NCBI GenBank assembly: GCA_050084515.1
Contig: CM114271.1
Coordinates: 13,020,001 to 13,084,000, forward strand
DNA: 64,000 nucleotides
Reading direction: 5' to 3'
Origin: Blasia pusilla
Lineage: Eukaryota
Part shown: positions 53,897 through 64,000 of the stretch, piece by piece
Layout: each line of letters starts with the position of its first letter
Numbering within the stretch: position 1 is the first letter of the stretch
Translations under genes and position numbers: made by a program
Notes under the pieces: model-generated
The model's input: the letters and a program-made list of their open reading frames with translations, nothing else
The model's database searches: none
What the model was told of the DNA's origin: nothing

Positions 53897-54706
53897 GAAA
53901 CGTAAATTAAGAACCCGGGAACTATGATGCCCTTGTTCTCATCGCTCCTTTCTCTTAAAAATTAGGACTGACATCCAGGACAGACTAAAGTCCAGAGCTC
54001 GAATTATGCTCTTCCCCGCCAGTCTCTCCTGCTCCCCCCTCCGCATCATCTGGCACACCTCCACAAATTTAGACATTCCACACGACAGATCCTTGAAACC
54101 CCAATCACACAACACATTTTGAAGACGTAATCCAAGATTGATGCGGTGCCGACCGCAGAAATCACCGCGCTTCAGACAGCAGCATCAAACACCGCAAATT
54201 GGTTTCCGAAAAATCCCTCCCCTTACTTCACTCCCTGTTCAGAAATGTGACAAAACCATAAGCCCTGACATCGACGGTGACGGTGACGGCAGGAGGGGGT
54301 CGCTGCTCGCAACGACGGTGACGACAGCGCAGTGAGAGTGTCACGTATAGAGTCTATAGACGTGGGCGTATCACGTAGGACTGCCCGAGTCTAGTGGTGA
54401 TTGTGGCAGACTATTAAGGGCGGGTTATACTATCGCGTTTGGTATACTAGGAAAAGATATTTACCTTCATGCATTCACCATGGTGAATGCATGAAGGTAT
54501 TATTTGAGAAGCGGAATGGCAACATGTGTCTCTTTCACTTATGCCCGTGCTATGCACGGCGTAAGATTATTAGCAAAGAGTTTTTGCACCATTATTCACC
54601 GTGTAGATCGTGGGTTGCTTCTTTAGAATCTTTACAGCACAAGGGCAAGGTCACATGGGCTGATAGTATGAAGAAAAAATTGGAAATCTAGAGAGAGAGG
54701 TTTATA

Positions 54707-54788
54707 GGATCGAGGGTTGTTTCCAAGATGAGTACTTTTGTGATGTTTTATTGGATCGAGGGTTGTTTCCAAGATGAGTACTTTTGTG
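54707..54788. repeat. 36-bp direct duplication, 46-bp period
   Basis: ggatcgagggttgtttccaagatgagtacttttgtg at 54707 and 54753. Confidence 0.9.
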
Positions 54789-55285
54789 CAATGCTGCCAG
54801 ACCAGATTGTTGTCGACCTACAATTGCCCGACTCTCTCATCCTTCACCATCACCATCAAATGGTTTATGCACGGAACCGTCTCATAATCCTATCTCCATT
54901 GTGGAGAAGACTGAGGGTGGCACGGGAATTTCAATGGCTGACCAGGAGAAGGGAACTTCATTCCATTACTCGTTAATTAAACAAAATGTGAGAGAGAGAA
55001 GTGACTTATTCTCCACGAAGACCCAAGAGAGCCATCAGCCATGAGAACAGAGCACTACCAAATAGCCGATGGCCCCGTGTTTGTTTCTGGAAAACTGATA
55101 CGAATTGACGTATTCCCGCAAGATCGTGTTCATACGTCAGTTCGCTTTCAGGTAAGCTAATCAAGCCGAAGTAGAAGATTTTGAGCCAAACCTCACCAAT
55201 CTCGCGGACTTAACGGAAACTTACTGATCCAATCCCTCGGACCAGACGATTCGGAGCCATTGGAAATTGGAGAAGTGGTTGAGAG

Positions 55286-55858
55286 ATGTTTAAATTACCT
55301 TTAACTTTGGTTTGTCTTAGCAATGATTGCACTCAATTAATTTGTACACACCGTACCAATGTCCAACTTTTCAACCTTATTGCGCTTTGCAAACTATTTG
55401 GTGTAGCTGAGATCTTTCCATTACATGTAACTACAGATGCCCCTACTGACCCGCAGTTTAATAAGTGGATCTGCAACATCCAATTTCATGAACTTCAGTT
55501 TTTAGCAATTGGCTGTAAGGTCTTGCTTACATCAAACATTGACCTAAAAAACTAGGATGCAAATGGTGCATGGGCAACGGTTGTAGATTGTGTATATAAG
55601 CAAGAGGAACTGAGTGCCATACCGGTGAGCCTCCACTCAAATAGCAAGGTCATTAGAGTAACAAGGACTAACTTTGCTACCTTGAGGCATGGGCCTAGCC
55701 AAAAATACCACAACCGGACATTTTCGCTAATATTGGGGTACACTATGACAAACCATAAGAGTCAAGGCCTCACTGTGAAAGGCAAGTGTTTACTCAACAT
55801 CAAGTCTACTTTTGCTACAGAACTTGTGTATGTCCTAGCATTACTCCACCATCATTAG
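55286..55858 (+). pseudogene. PIF1-family (Helitron-type) helicase C-terminal fragment
   Basis: IGCKVLLTSNIDLKN*DANGA matches G..VML..N.D.....NG; YTMTNHKSQGLT matches motif V (T.HKSQG.T); VYVL is the start of motif VI. Confidence 0.75.
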
Positions 55859-55949
55859 AAGGCCTGAAAAAATTATCCACATGTTATAAAGAATAGATAT
55901 CCATAAAAGAAAGAAAGATTTTGAGTTGACTTTTATATATATATATACC

Positions 55950-58886
55950 TTATGAATTGACTACCAATAATTAGAACCTCCTCATTTGTAATAGTTGCAA
56001 TACTCTCAACCACCAACGCAAGTGCAACTTGAACATGATTCGCCTTCCTTTTTTTCTATATTCTCGACAATATGTCTTTCTTTTTCTTTGAGAGCTTCCA
56101 TTTTATCAACGCGAATAGCACGTTTTCATTTTTGGGCTTCGCCGCGGAGAACCTTATGAAAATCACGTATATCAACATAATTCAATGGAATGGGAAGTCT
56201 GAAATAACACAAAAATGTTAAAAGCAAAGAAAATTAGAAGTAGAGATTATATAGGATGGGAATTTGGACATGCTAAATGATTTTCAATGCAATGAACTTA
56301 CGTTGGAGATGTTTCGGGGTGGAGTTCATCTTCAAACATTGTTTGTTGTACTAGGATTTCCTTGCAACGTGCACGCCTTTTTCGTTGTGCAATCACACGC
56401 ATCAATTTTTGGAAGTGACGTAAATCTGTAGGATTTGATGGGACAGGAAGTCTATGCAATAATTGTAGGAATTTCATGATTAAAAAAATATTTTTGAAAA
56501 TATATTTACAAATCGAATAAGTAGTGTAGGCCACATACTTACATCAAAGAGGTGTTCTTCAATACTTCAATTTGTCTCTGTGAAATTTGTGGTATATTTG
56601 TGATCACACCAAGTGGGCGTCTCTCCATGTTCGGTATAATCCCCACGAAGTCACCATCTTCAACATACAACACGGAACTATTCATTAGGGTTAGAGGTTA
56701 AGGAGAATGATGAAATTAAAGAGGAGACTCAAGAAGAAATCATAAATTTGGAGGATAGAGGATAGATGCCCATTTTTGTAAAAAATAAATAAATATGAAA
56801 GAGAAAAGAATAGGGTAAACAATAAGAAGGTAAATTATAAGAAAAAAAGGAAAGTTTGTTAGAAATTCTTAGTAGAAGAATAAAAAAAGGAAGAGGGAAA
56901 AAATAGGGTTTAGTGGTAGTGAGAAAATTTCTTTATAAAAATAAAAAATAGGAAAAAAATAATATTTAAATAAAAATGTATTATATTAATTGGATAGGTT
57001 CGGGCCATACGCCTAGGTTCGGCAGCCCGAACCTAAAAACCCGCCCAACCCTCCCGCCGCCGCCACCTCCCCAGATCGTGCGGCCTGATCTCATGGCCCC
57101 CAAATCTAATGGGACAGACGATCTGGCCCAAGGCGCAAATCGTGCGTGCCCTCGACCTGAACTCTCAATCCCCTTCGACATCTACCCCCATTCCCCTCCC
57201 ATTTGCGCGCTCTCCCATTCTCCTCATTCACGAGAGCGTCCCGGCTCGTCCCCGCTCCTCTTAACTCCCGCACTTCCGCACTCCCACACTGCTCGTCTCC
57301 TCTCCCATTTTTCAAAAGTAGCTTTCCTTATCAAAGATGATTTACATGTATCCATCGCTACGCTACTCCTACTCTCTCATCAAGTACTGTGTCACTATCT
57401 GAATGTTAATAACCACACCCTTACCCTTTTGCTTTTTCTTAGGTGAGTTCTTACTCGCCTTTGGTTCTGGGGTACATTCAGTGGGCACCTTGGTGTCAAT
57501 CAGGGACCTCCTATGAGATGGTGATTGAACCTCATTTACATTGGGGTGTGGTGACTTAACACGCTTCTTTGATGATGCCCTCTCTGTAGTATACTCCCTT
57601 TCACTGTTCGGCCTCCTAAGCCGATATGGGGGTGTCCCTTGGATTTCTAAAAAAATATCGTTTCCCAAGTCAGGTACTGGTTGTGGAAAGTACCCCTTAT
57701 TTGACAACCCAGGTTGCCCTCCAGAGGGAAGTGAATCTTTTATGGCATGCTCAAATCCTAGAGCATGCTCAGGGGTGAGTCTCTCTCCCCAAGGAGGACT
57801 ATCTACACAATGCAAATTTTTCCACTTACTCATACGCATGAAATCCTCTTGGCATACAAGAGGCCACTTGGAACTTTGCAATGGATGGAGATCGAATGAC
57901 TTTACACCATAATGCTTCTTTGATGAAGCGGCCTTGGACACATTTTGCCCCTTCCCCTATGTAGACTTTTTGGTTGTAATTCTTGTTGCCATGTGTAGAT
58001 AGCTTTGTCTTGTTGTGCACCTTTCTTGCAAGTTGTCGGAGCTGCTTGAGTTGTTGAGCTACTAGAGGTGTGGAGCTGCGGGAGCTGCTAGAGGTATGGA
58101 GGAGCTGGTGAAGCTGTGCAGCTATTGGAGCTAGAGCTTGGGATCTGCTCGTGCTGTAGCTCAAAGAGTTGTTTGAGCTATATCTCGAAACGTGTCTTCC
58201 GAGAGTTGCTTGACCTGCAGCTGGATTCAAGAAGTAGTCAATTGTCATAGTAATAGCATAGTACTCTACGATTGAAAAAGCATTAAGAAGTGCATTAGGG
58301 GAGCTTGTAAAGTCTTCAACTCATCAACTACTCTACTTCTGCTTCTGTAATACTCCAAACACCACAGCAATAAACGTTGGAAGTTGACGCCTAGTGTCTA
58401 TAAATGCATGCATGAAAAGTAGTCATGACGCTACATGAGCAAGTGAGTGATTGTCGGGAGCACAAAAACTCGGGAGTTGTGTAATTCGGACATCGGCAAT
58501 AAATACTCAACTCCTGCAAGTCCTTTGTGGTTTTACGACCGCAGTGACAACCTGGTTCCCCCCACCATGTTCGAAAATCCAAAGGGCCTCCTATGATCGA
58601 CAGATCGTAATTGTCAAGGACAAGAATTTGAATTTGTACAAAACCGTTAAATCAGTGCGGCGCATTTTTCAGAACCCTAAACTACACATTCCAACAGCTC
58701 AGAATGGCACACGTCAGACGTCATGTCCTCCAAACCTCAAAAACCCTAAAATGCCACGGGTCAGAAGTTCCAGGTGCAAACGGCGGAAGTTCTCCCGTTT
58801 GCATACGGAACTATTTTTAGTTGTTGAAAAGGACACGTGTCACGGACTATGGGGCGTTTGCACATCTAGAGGCCACTCTCTCTTAA
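55950..58886 (-). mobile_element. Helitron H2, 5' portion only
   Basis: Inverted homologue of H3: near-terminal ttaagagagagtggcc...gcaaacgcc, SKKHYG ORF, GC-rich then T-rich spacer, and RepHel 5' exons 56628-56543, 56451-56302 and from 56198 on; left boundary approximate. Confidence 0.85.
57369..57992 (-). pseudogene. Helitron-borne uncharacterised basic protein (SKKHYG ORF), H2 copy; stop at codon 12
   Basis: MATRITTKKST*GKGQNVSKAASSKKHYGVK... is open for another ~195 codons and aligns end to end with 59910-60479. Confidence 0.8.
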
Positions 58887-59294
58887 TCTATACTATTATG
58901 GGAGAGTCCTTTCTCGCTGCGCAAACACCTCTCCAACTGCCATGTGGCACTTCAAGCGAACCAGGGTGTTCCGTGCTTACGTCTGACGTAGTCTGTTTTA
59001 GGGTTTTGTTCATAGCCACCCTAGCCTCCTGTAACAATTTTCCTAACGAACGTGGAATTTTGGCGCGTCTGAAGCGTAACTAGCACGTGCGACTAACTTA
59101 GGGTTTCATTTTTGGCCGCAAATTTTGTGTCAATTTTCTGTCCTTTCTGGTTTCGATCCTTCAAACCAGCGTCGTCCGATGAGATTGGCTTCTTATTTCT
59201 CGAGCAGTGAGTGCGAGGGTTTTGATTCAAACTTGACCCTATTTATTCACTCTTACAAATTACAGTCCCCATTTTTCTCATGAACAGTTGTTGA

Positions 59295-59766
59295 GGTAAA
59301 GTGAACTCATTCATTCACTGTCATTCATTCTCGCTGAACTTCATTTATTGCTAGATAGAGTAAGACATGTCTCTGCTTTACGAGTCTACATTGCTTTGAG
59401 CTCTATGAACTAAAATAGTGAGCTCGGTGTAGTTGCGGATGAACATAGCAAGCTCAGTTTGCCCCGAATAAGCGGCCCTTGATGTGATCTCAAGATCAGC
59501 TCGCGCGTTCTTGACGTCCCCTACCCTGGTAAAGTGAACTCAGTCATTCACCGAGCTCTACTGTCATTCATACATGCTGAACTTCATTTATTGCTAGATA
59601 GAGTAAGACATGTCTCTGCTTTACAAGTCTACATTGCTTTGAGCTCTATGAACTAAAATACTGAGCTCGGTATAGTTGCGGATGAACATAGCAGGCTCGG
59701 TTTGCCCCGATTAAGCGCCCCTTGATGTGATCTCAAGATACGCTCCCGCGTTCTTGACGTCCCCTA
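59295..59766. repeat. Tandem duplication of ~235 bp in H3
   Basis: ggtaaagtgaactca...ttcttgacgtccccta starts at 59295 and again at 59528, highly similar. Confidence 0.9.
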
Positions 59767-59909
59767 CAACAACAACTTTAACGACTTTTCGAGAGCTCCT
59801 ACACATTCAACGTTCGCTCCATCACCTCCTAAGCTCCTCACATTTCGGACAGCTTCCGACATCTGCAACATCCGAAACAGCAAAGGAGCAGAACGAAAAC
59901 TACCTAGAG

Positions 59910-60479
59910 ATGGCAACAAGAATCACAGCGAAAAAGTCAACACAAGGGAGAGGAAAGAGTGTGTCCAAGGTAACGAGCTCAAAAAAACATTACGGTGTAA
60001 AGTCACCAGATCTCGAAGCATTGGAGAGTACAAAATGGTCTCCAATAAGTCATGGGGACTGTATGCGCTTGAGCAAATGGAACAAGTTGCACTGTGATCG
60101 TCCCACTTGGGGAGAGCCGATCACCCCCGTGCATGCTCCGGGATTTGAGTATGCAATAAAGGACTCCATGCCCGTTGCACTCCTCCCTACGGATTCCGAC
60201 AAAGGGTACGATCCGAAGCCAGTTTGAGGAGAGGGAATAGATGTTGTAGAGGAGGAAGGGACTCCTCCCTATCACATAAGGAGGCCCGGCATGGAAAGGG
60301 AACATACCGAGGAGGGAGCCTCTGCTAAGAAGCGGAGAATGACCCCGCACACTAACCGAAATCAGCAAAGCTCACCATCCAAGGGAAGGTCCGCGGTAAC
60401 TCCAGAGTGCACAAAGAAATCCCCACATAAAGGGCAAAAGGGGAAAGAAGTTGTAGTGAATATTCAGATCCATATCTGA
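59910..60479 (+). pseudogene. Helitron-borne uncharacterised ~190-aa basic protein (SKKHYG ORF), H3 copy; one in-frame TGA at 60225-60227
   Basis: ORFs 59727-60227 and 60291-60479 are in the same frame; MATRITAKKSTQGRGK...SKKHYGVK...KGYDPKPV*...AKKRR...KGKEVVVNIQIHI. Confidence 0.8.
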
Positions 60480-60699
60480 ATTTGGGATCTAGGAGAGGGT
60501 GAGCACGCCGATCAGGAGTAGAGTAAATCAAATAGTCATGTACTGCTTACGTTGAAATGAAAGCGACATAAAAGTTTTTTGAATGTCTCTGCCAACCCCT
60601 CTTTCAGTATTCAACTTGAGTACTAACTCCACCCATTTTGCCCCTACGTGTCCCAGGTGTACATGTGTAATAGGAGAGAAATAGCTTCGGAGACCAATA

Positions 60700-61680
60700 G
60701 CCTAGCTGTCAAAAGAGACACTGTAGCCGAAGTGTACTATCAAACGAGCCCGACCATCAAAAGCACAGTAGCCAAACTAAATCCCCGAGACCCGATGTGC
60801 AATGTTGTGAGAGCCCGACCGTGAAGAAATCCCCGAGATTCGATCTGCAAGGTTGTGAGAGCCCGACTGTCAAAAGCACCCGAGTCAAACAACTAGCAAG
60901 AGAGCCCGACCGTCAAAAATACCGAGAGTCGAACAAGTAGCAAGAGAGCCTAGCAAGATAACCTGAGAGCCTGAGAGTTAGGGAAAGAAGTCAATCAAGA
61001 ACACCGAAGAGCAGAACCGGAAAGGGGATGAGCCTAGACAGCTTGCAATCAGATCTCCAGGAGCTGCGGCAGGTTCGCTGCATTCGAAGATATTCCTGGG
61101 CGTTGGCCGAAAGGTACCCGAGTCAAAGCTAGCAAGACAGCCTAGCTCAGAGCCGAAAATGAACATTGCAGATCGAGTGCGCACGAGCCGGGAGGAGGGT
61201 GCGCTGGAGTGCTCGAGCGCGCACGAGCCGGACGGAGGGGCGCGCTCAAGTGCCCCTCTATAACGCACTCAGAGAGCAAGCGCCTGAGGGATCGGAGAGG
61301 AGGGCGGAGAGAGCTAGCAAGAGAGTAAATCAACTACCTAGGGAAAGACAGAAAAATTCCATCATCTGAAAGGTAAGGTGCATAGTACCCAACGAAAACC
61401 CTAAACGAAAATGAGCCAAAAATGAGCCAAAAATGATCCGAGAATGAGCGCACTCGAGCTCGTGCGCTCGAGTGCGCACGAGCCGGGAGGAGTTGGAGTT
61501 CTGGAGTGCTCGAGCCTAGCCAAAAATGCGCCGAAAATTAGCCGAAAATGAGCGCACTCGAGCTCGGGCGCTCGAGTGCGCACGAGCCGGGAGGAGTCGG
61601 AGTTCTGGAGTGCTCGAGCGCGCACGAGCCGAACGAAGGGGCGCGCTCAAGCCAGAGAGCGGACAGACGAGCTCGCAAGG
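60700..61680. repeat. Internal repeats of H3 (gagagcccgaccgtcaaaa units, then palindrome-rich GC units)
   Basis: ~5 gagcccgac units at 60745-60980; ctcgagtgcgcacgagccgggaggag-type units at ~61173, 61467 and 61572. Confidence 0.8.
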
Positions 61681-62174
61681 GCGAGCGACTGAGAGTGGAG
61701 GTGGGAGTGGGAGTGAAGGGGGAAGGGTGGAGGGGGGAGGGTGTAGGGTGACGGCTCACGGCTCATGCCGTGAGCCGTCAAATGCACCATCTAACGGCCT
61801 CTTTTTCTTGGCCGTTAGATGGGAGAGTGATGATCCAACGACCCTAGGATTTGAAGGCGGCGCATGAACAGGGGCGGGACTCGGTTCAGGGCTAGGGTTG
61901 GGAATGTTAGGTTAGGCCCAGGTTCGGCCTATCGAACTTGGGTTTTTTTTTATGAATTTCCTTACAAAATTTTTTTAAATGTAATTTTCTCCTTTTTTAC
62001 CTTTTTTCCCAATTATTTACAATTTCTAATTTTTGAGAAAATTAAAATAAATCTTCCCCCTTACTCTTCTTCCCTAAATTCTTTTCTTTCCCTAAATTTT
62101 ATTTTATAAATTTCATTTTCTCTTTGTTTTTCTTTCAATTTCTAATTTTTATTAAAATAAATCTCCCCCCTTAC

Positions 62175-64000
62175 AAAAGGCGTGTCCGTCGCAAGGAAAT
62201 CTTAGTTCAACAAACACGTCGCAAAGATGAACTCCGACCTGAAACATCTCCAACGTAAGTTTACTACATCGACGTTCATTTAGCCTGTCCAATTTCCTGC
62301 CAAATATTGACTTTTCATTTAATTTTGTAAGCTTTTAACATTCATAAGTTGTTGTAGACTTCCAATCCCATTGAATCCTGTCAATATACGTGACTTTCGG
62401 AAGGTCCTACGTGGCGAAGCCCAAAAACGAAAGCGTGCTATTCGGGCTGATAGAATGGAAGCTCTCAAAGAAAAAAGGAGGAATTACTATCGAGAGTATA
62501 GAAAAAGAAGGAAAGGGCTTAATGGTCGAGTTCAGCCTGAGAGTATTGCACCTATTCCATTAAATAGGTACCTATATCTAACTATTCACTTCATAACTAC
62601 TTGATTTACTCCATATTTGATTTGTATTTATTCTTATCAATATTTTGACATATTTTCTCAGGCCTTCAAATGAAGATGGAATAATAGTAGAAGAAAATCA
62701 AGAAGTGAGCGAACAATCGACGGATTATATTTATATATCGCCAAGACTCGTGTTAGTTGACAATGCATTTCATGAAGTTATCGAGAATACATCCACGATT
62801 GGGCCACCACAAGTTGAGTTACCTACCACTCCTCCTATTCCAATTCAAGATGAAGTTGTCAAAAATTTGTCGACCGCTCTTCCTATTCAAGTTCAAGATG
62901 AAGTTGTCGACAATTCGTCGACCACTCTTCCTATTCCTGTTCCAGATGAAGTTTTCAACAATTCGTCGACTTTTGCCCAACTCGGGGATGAATCAAGGTC
63001 AAGAGTAGATGCCATGTCTCCTAATGGAGTTTTGTTATCTCCACAACATGCCACTGTACCAAACACTTCTATAATTTGTGCATCGTCTGCCCTTGATAGA
63101 GTTGTAATATTAAATACAACTCTCAATCTTGCAAGGAGGCCAAATTTTCAAGAAAGTGATATTCGAAAGTTGCGATTACAAAGGAGTTTGAATCATACCA
63201 GCGGTCGTCATACATTAGGTTCTATGACATAGATATGTCCCTCATGCCGTGCTTTGCATTGGAAATTTGAAGTGGTCAAAGGTACTAAGTTTGGTGACTC
63301 ACCATATGGCATGTGTTGTGGCCATGGAAGAATATACTTACCTCTCTTGAGATCATCTCCTCCATTTCTGAAATCCTTGATTTTGGGTGTTGGTCCTAGA
63401 AGCGTTCATTTTCTTACACATGCTCGAGCTTATAATTCGGCACTTCAACTTGCATCTACCGGGGTACATGTAAACGAAAAAATTGGTGGCACTGGACACT
63501 TTAGGGTCCAAGGCGGGATCTATCATTCCATTGGACCTTTACATCCTGATATTGGGGGACATCCTCAATTTGCTCAACTATACATCCATGATACTGCAAA
63601 TGAATTGGAAAATCGTGCTAGAGTTATGTCTACATCTTCTATTCTTAATATGGATATTTTGAAAGGTCTCCAAGACATGTTACATGAATGCAATCCATAT
63701 GTGAAGATCTTTCGTCATATGGCATATGAAGCAAGTGATCTTATTGTGCGGATTATCCTCAAGGCAAGTAAGAGAGGACTCGATGCAAGGCGTTATAACT
63801 TACCAATTGCGTCTGAAGTTGCTGCTATTTTTCCGGGTGATGGAAGTGAACAAGTTGAGCATCATGATATAATTGTACGACTACATGGAGGAGGAGTCAA
63901 ACGTATATCCGACCTCAACGAAGCATATATTCCCTTACACTTTGTTTTGTTATTTATCTATGGTGAAGGAGGTTGGCATCCTGTAATACCCTTTGGGCCA
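62175..64000 (+). pseudogene. Helitron RepHel 5' part (zinc finger and N-terminal domain), one in-frame TAG at 63230-63232
   Basis: Short 5' exons, a 16-aa (48-bp) repeat x3, then ICPSCRALHW...YGMCCGHGRI...YNSALQLAS...FRVQGGIYH...PQFAQLYIHD...NPYVKIF...RRYNLP..SEVAAI...YIPLHFVLLFIYGEGGWH, open to the window end. Confidence 0.93.

Larger units (their letters stand above)
58887..64000 (+). mobile_element. Helitron H3, continues beyond the window
   Basis: A|TCTATACTATTATGGG 5' terminus, SKKHYG ORF, internal repeats, then RepHel exons. Confidence 0.9.

Noticed and set aside
58451-59083. 210-aa ORF
   Set aside because: Non-ATG start, crosses the H2/H3 junction and has no motifs.
60978-61867. Several short ORFs on both strands
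   Set aside because: Translations of GC-rich internal repeats.

Overview
Eukaryotic, intron-containing land-plant DNA (bryophyte-like by impression only). It holds three intact-looking host genes in TE-rich sequence: a 3-exon alpha-expansin (+, 17013-18508), a 2-exon LPA2-like thylakoid gene (-, 20907-21746) and a 15-exon BIO3-BIO1 biotin-synthesis gene (-, 46787-53896). The TEs are decayed hAT and Ty3/Gypsy remnants, a hAT MITE family with 8-bp TSDs, a ~180-bp tandem array, a decayed intronless coiled-coil+RING ORF, a nested Gypsy>Helitron>LTR>Copia>solo-LTR/MITE stack (27.5-42.7 kb), and several Helitrons. The most notable signal is a Helitron family present in three diverged copies (H1 29389-~42710 minus, H2 ~55950-58886 minus, H3 58887->64000 plus). 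Each copy carries the same uncharacterised ~190-aa ORF upstream of RepHel; in H2 and H3 its N-terminus resembles the histone H3 tail around K9. In H1 and H2 the RepHel N-terminus starts with a D-box-like motif. Also seen: an in-frame duplicated splice acceptor in BIO3-BIO1 and four near-perfect 25-39 bp fold-backs. All calls come from reading the sequence; no database searches were run.
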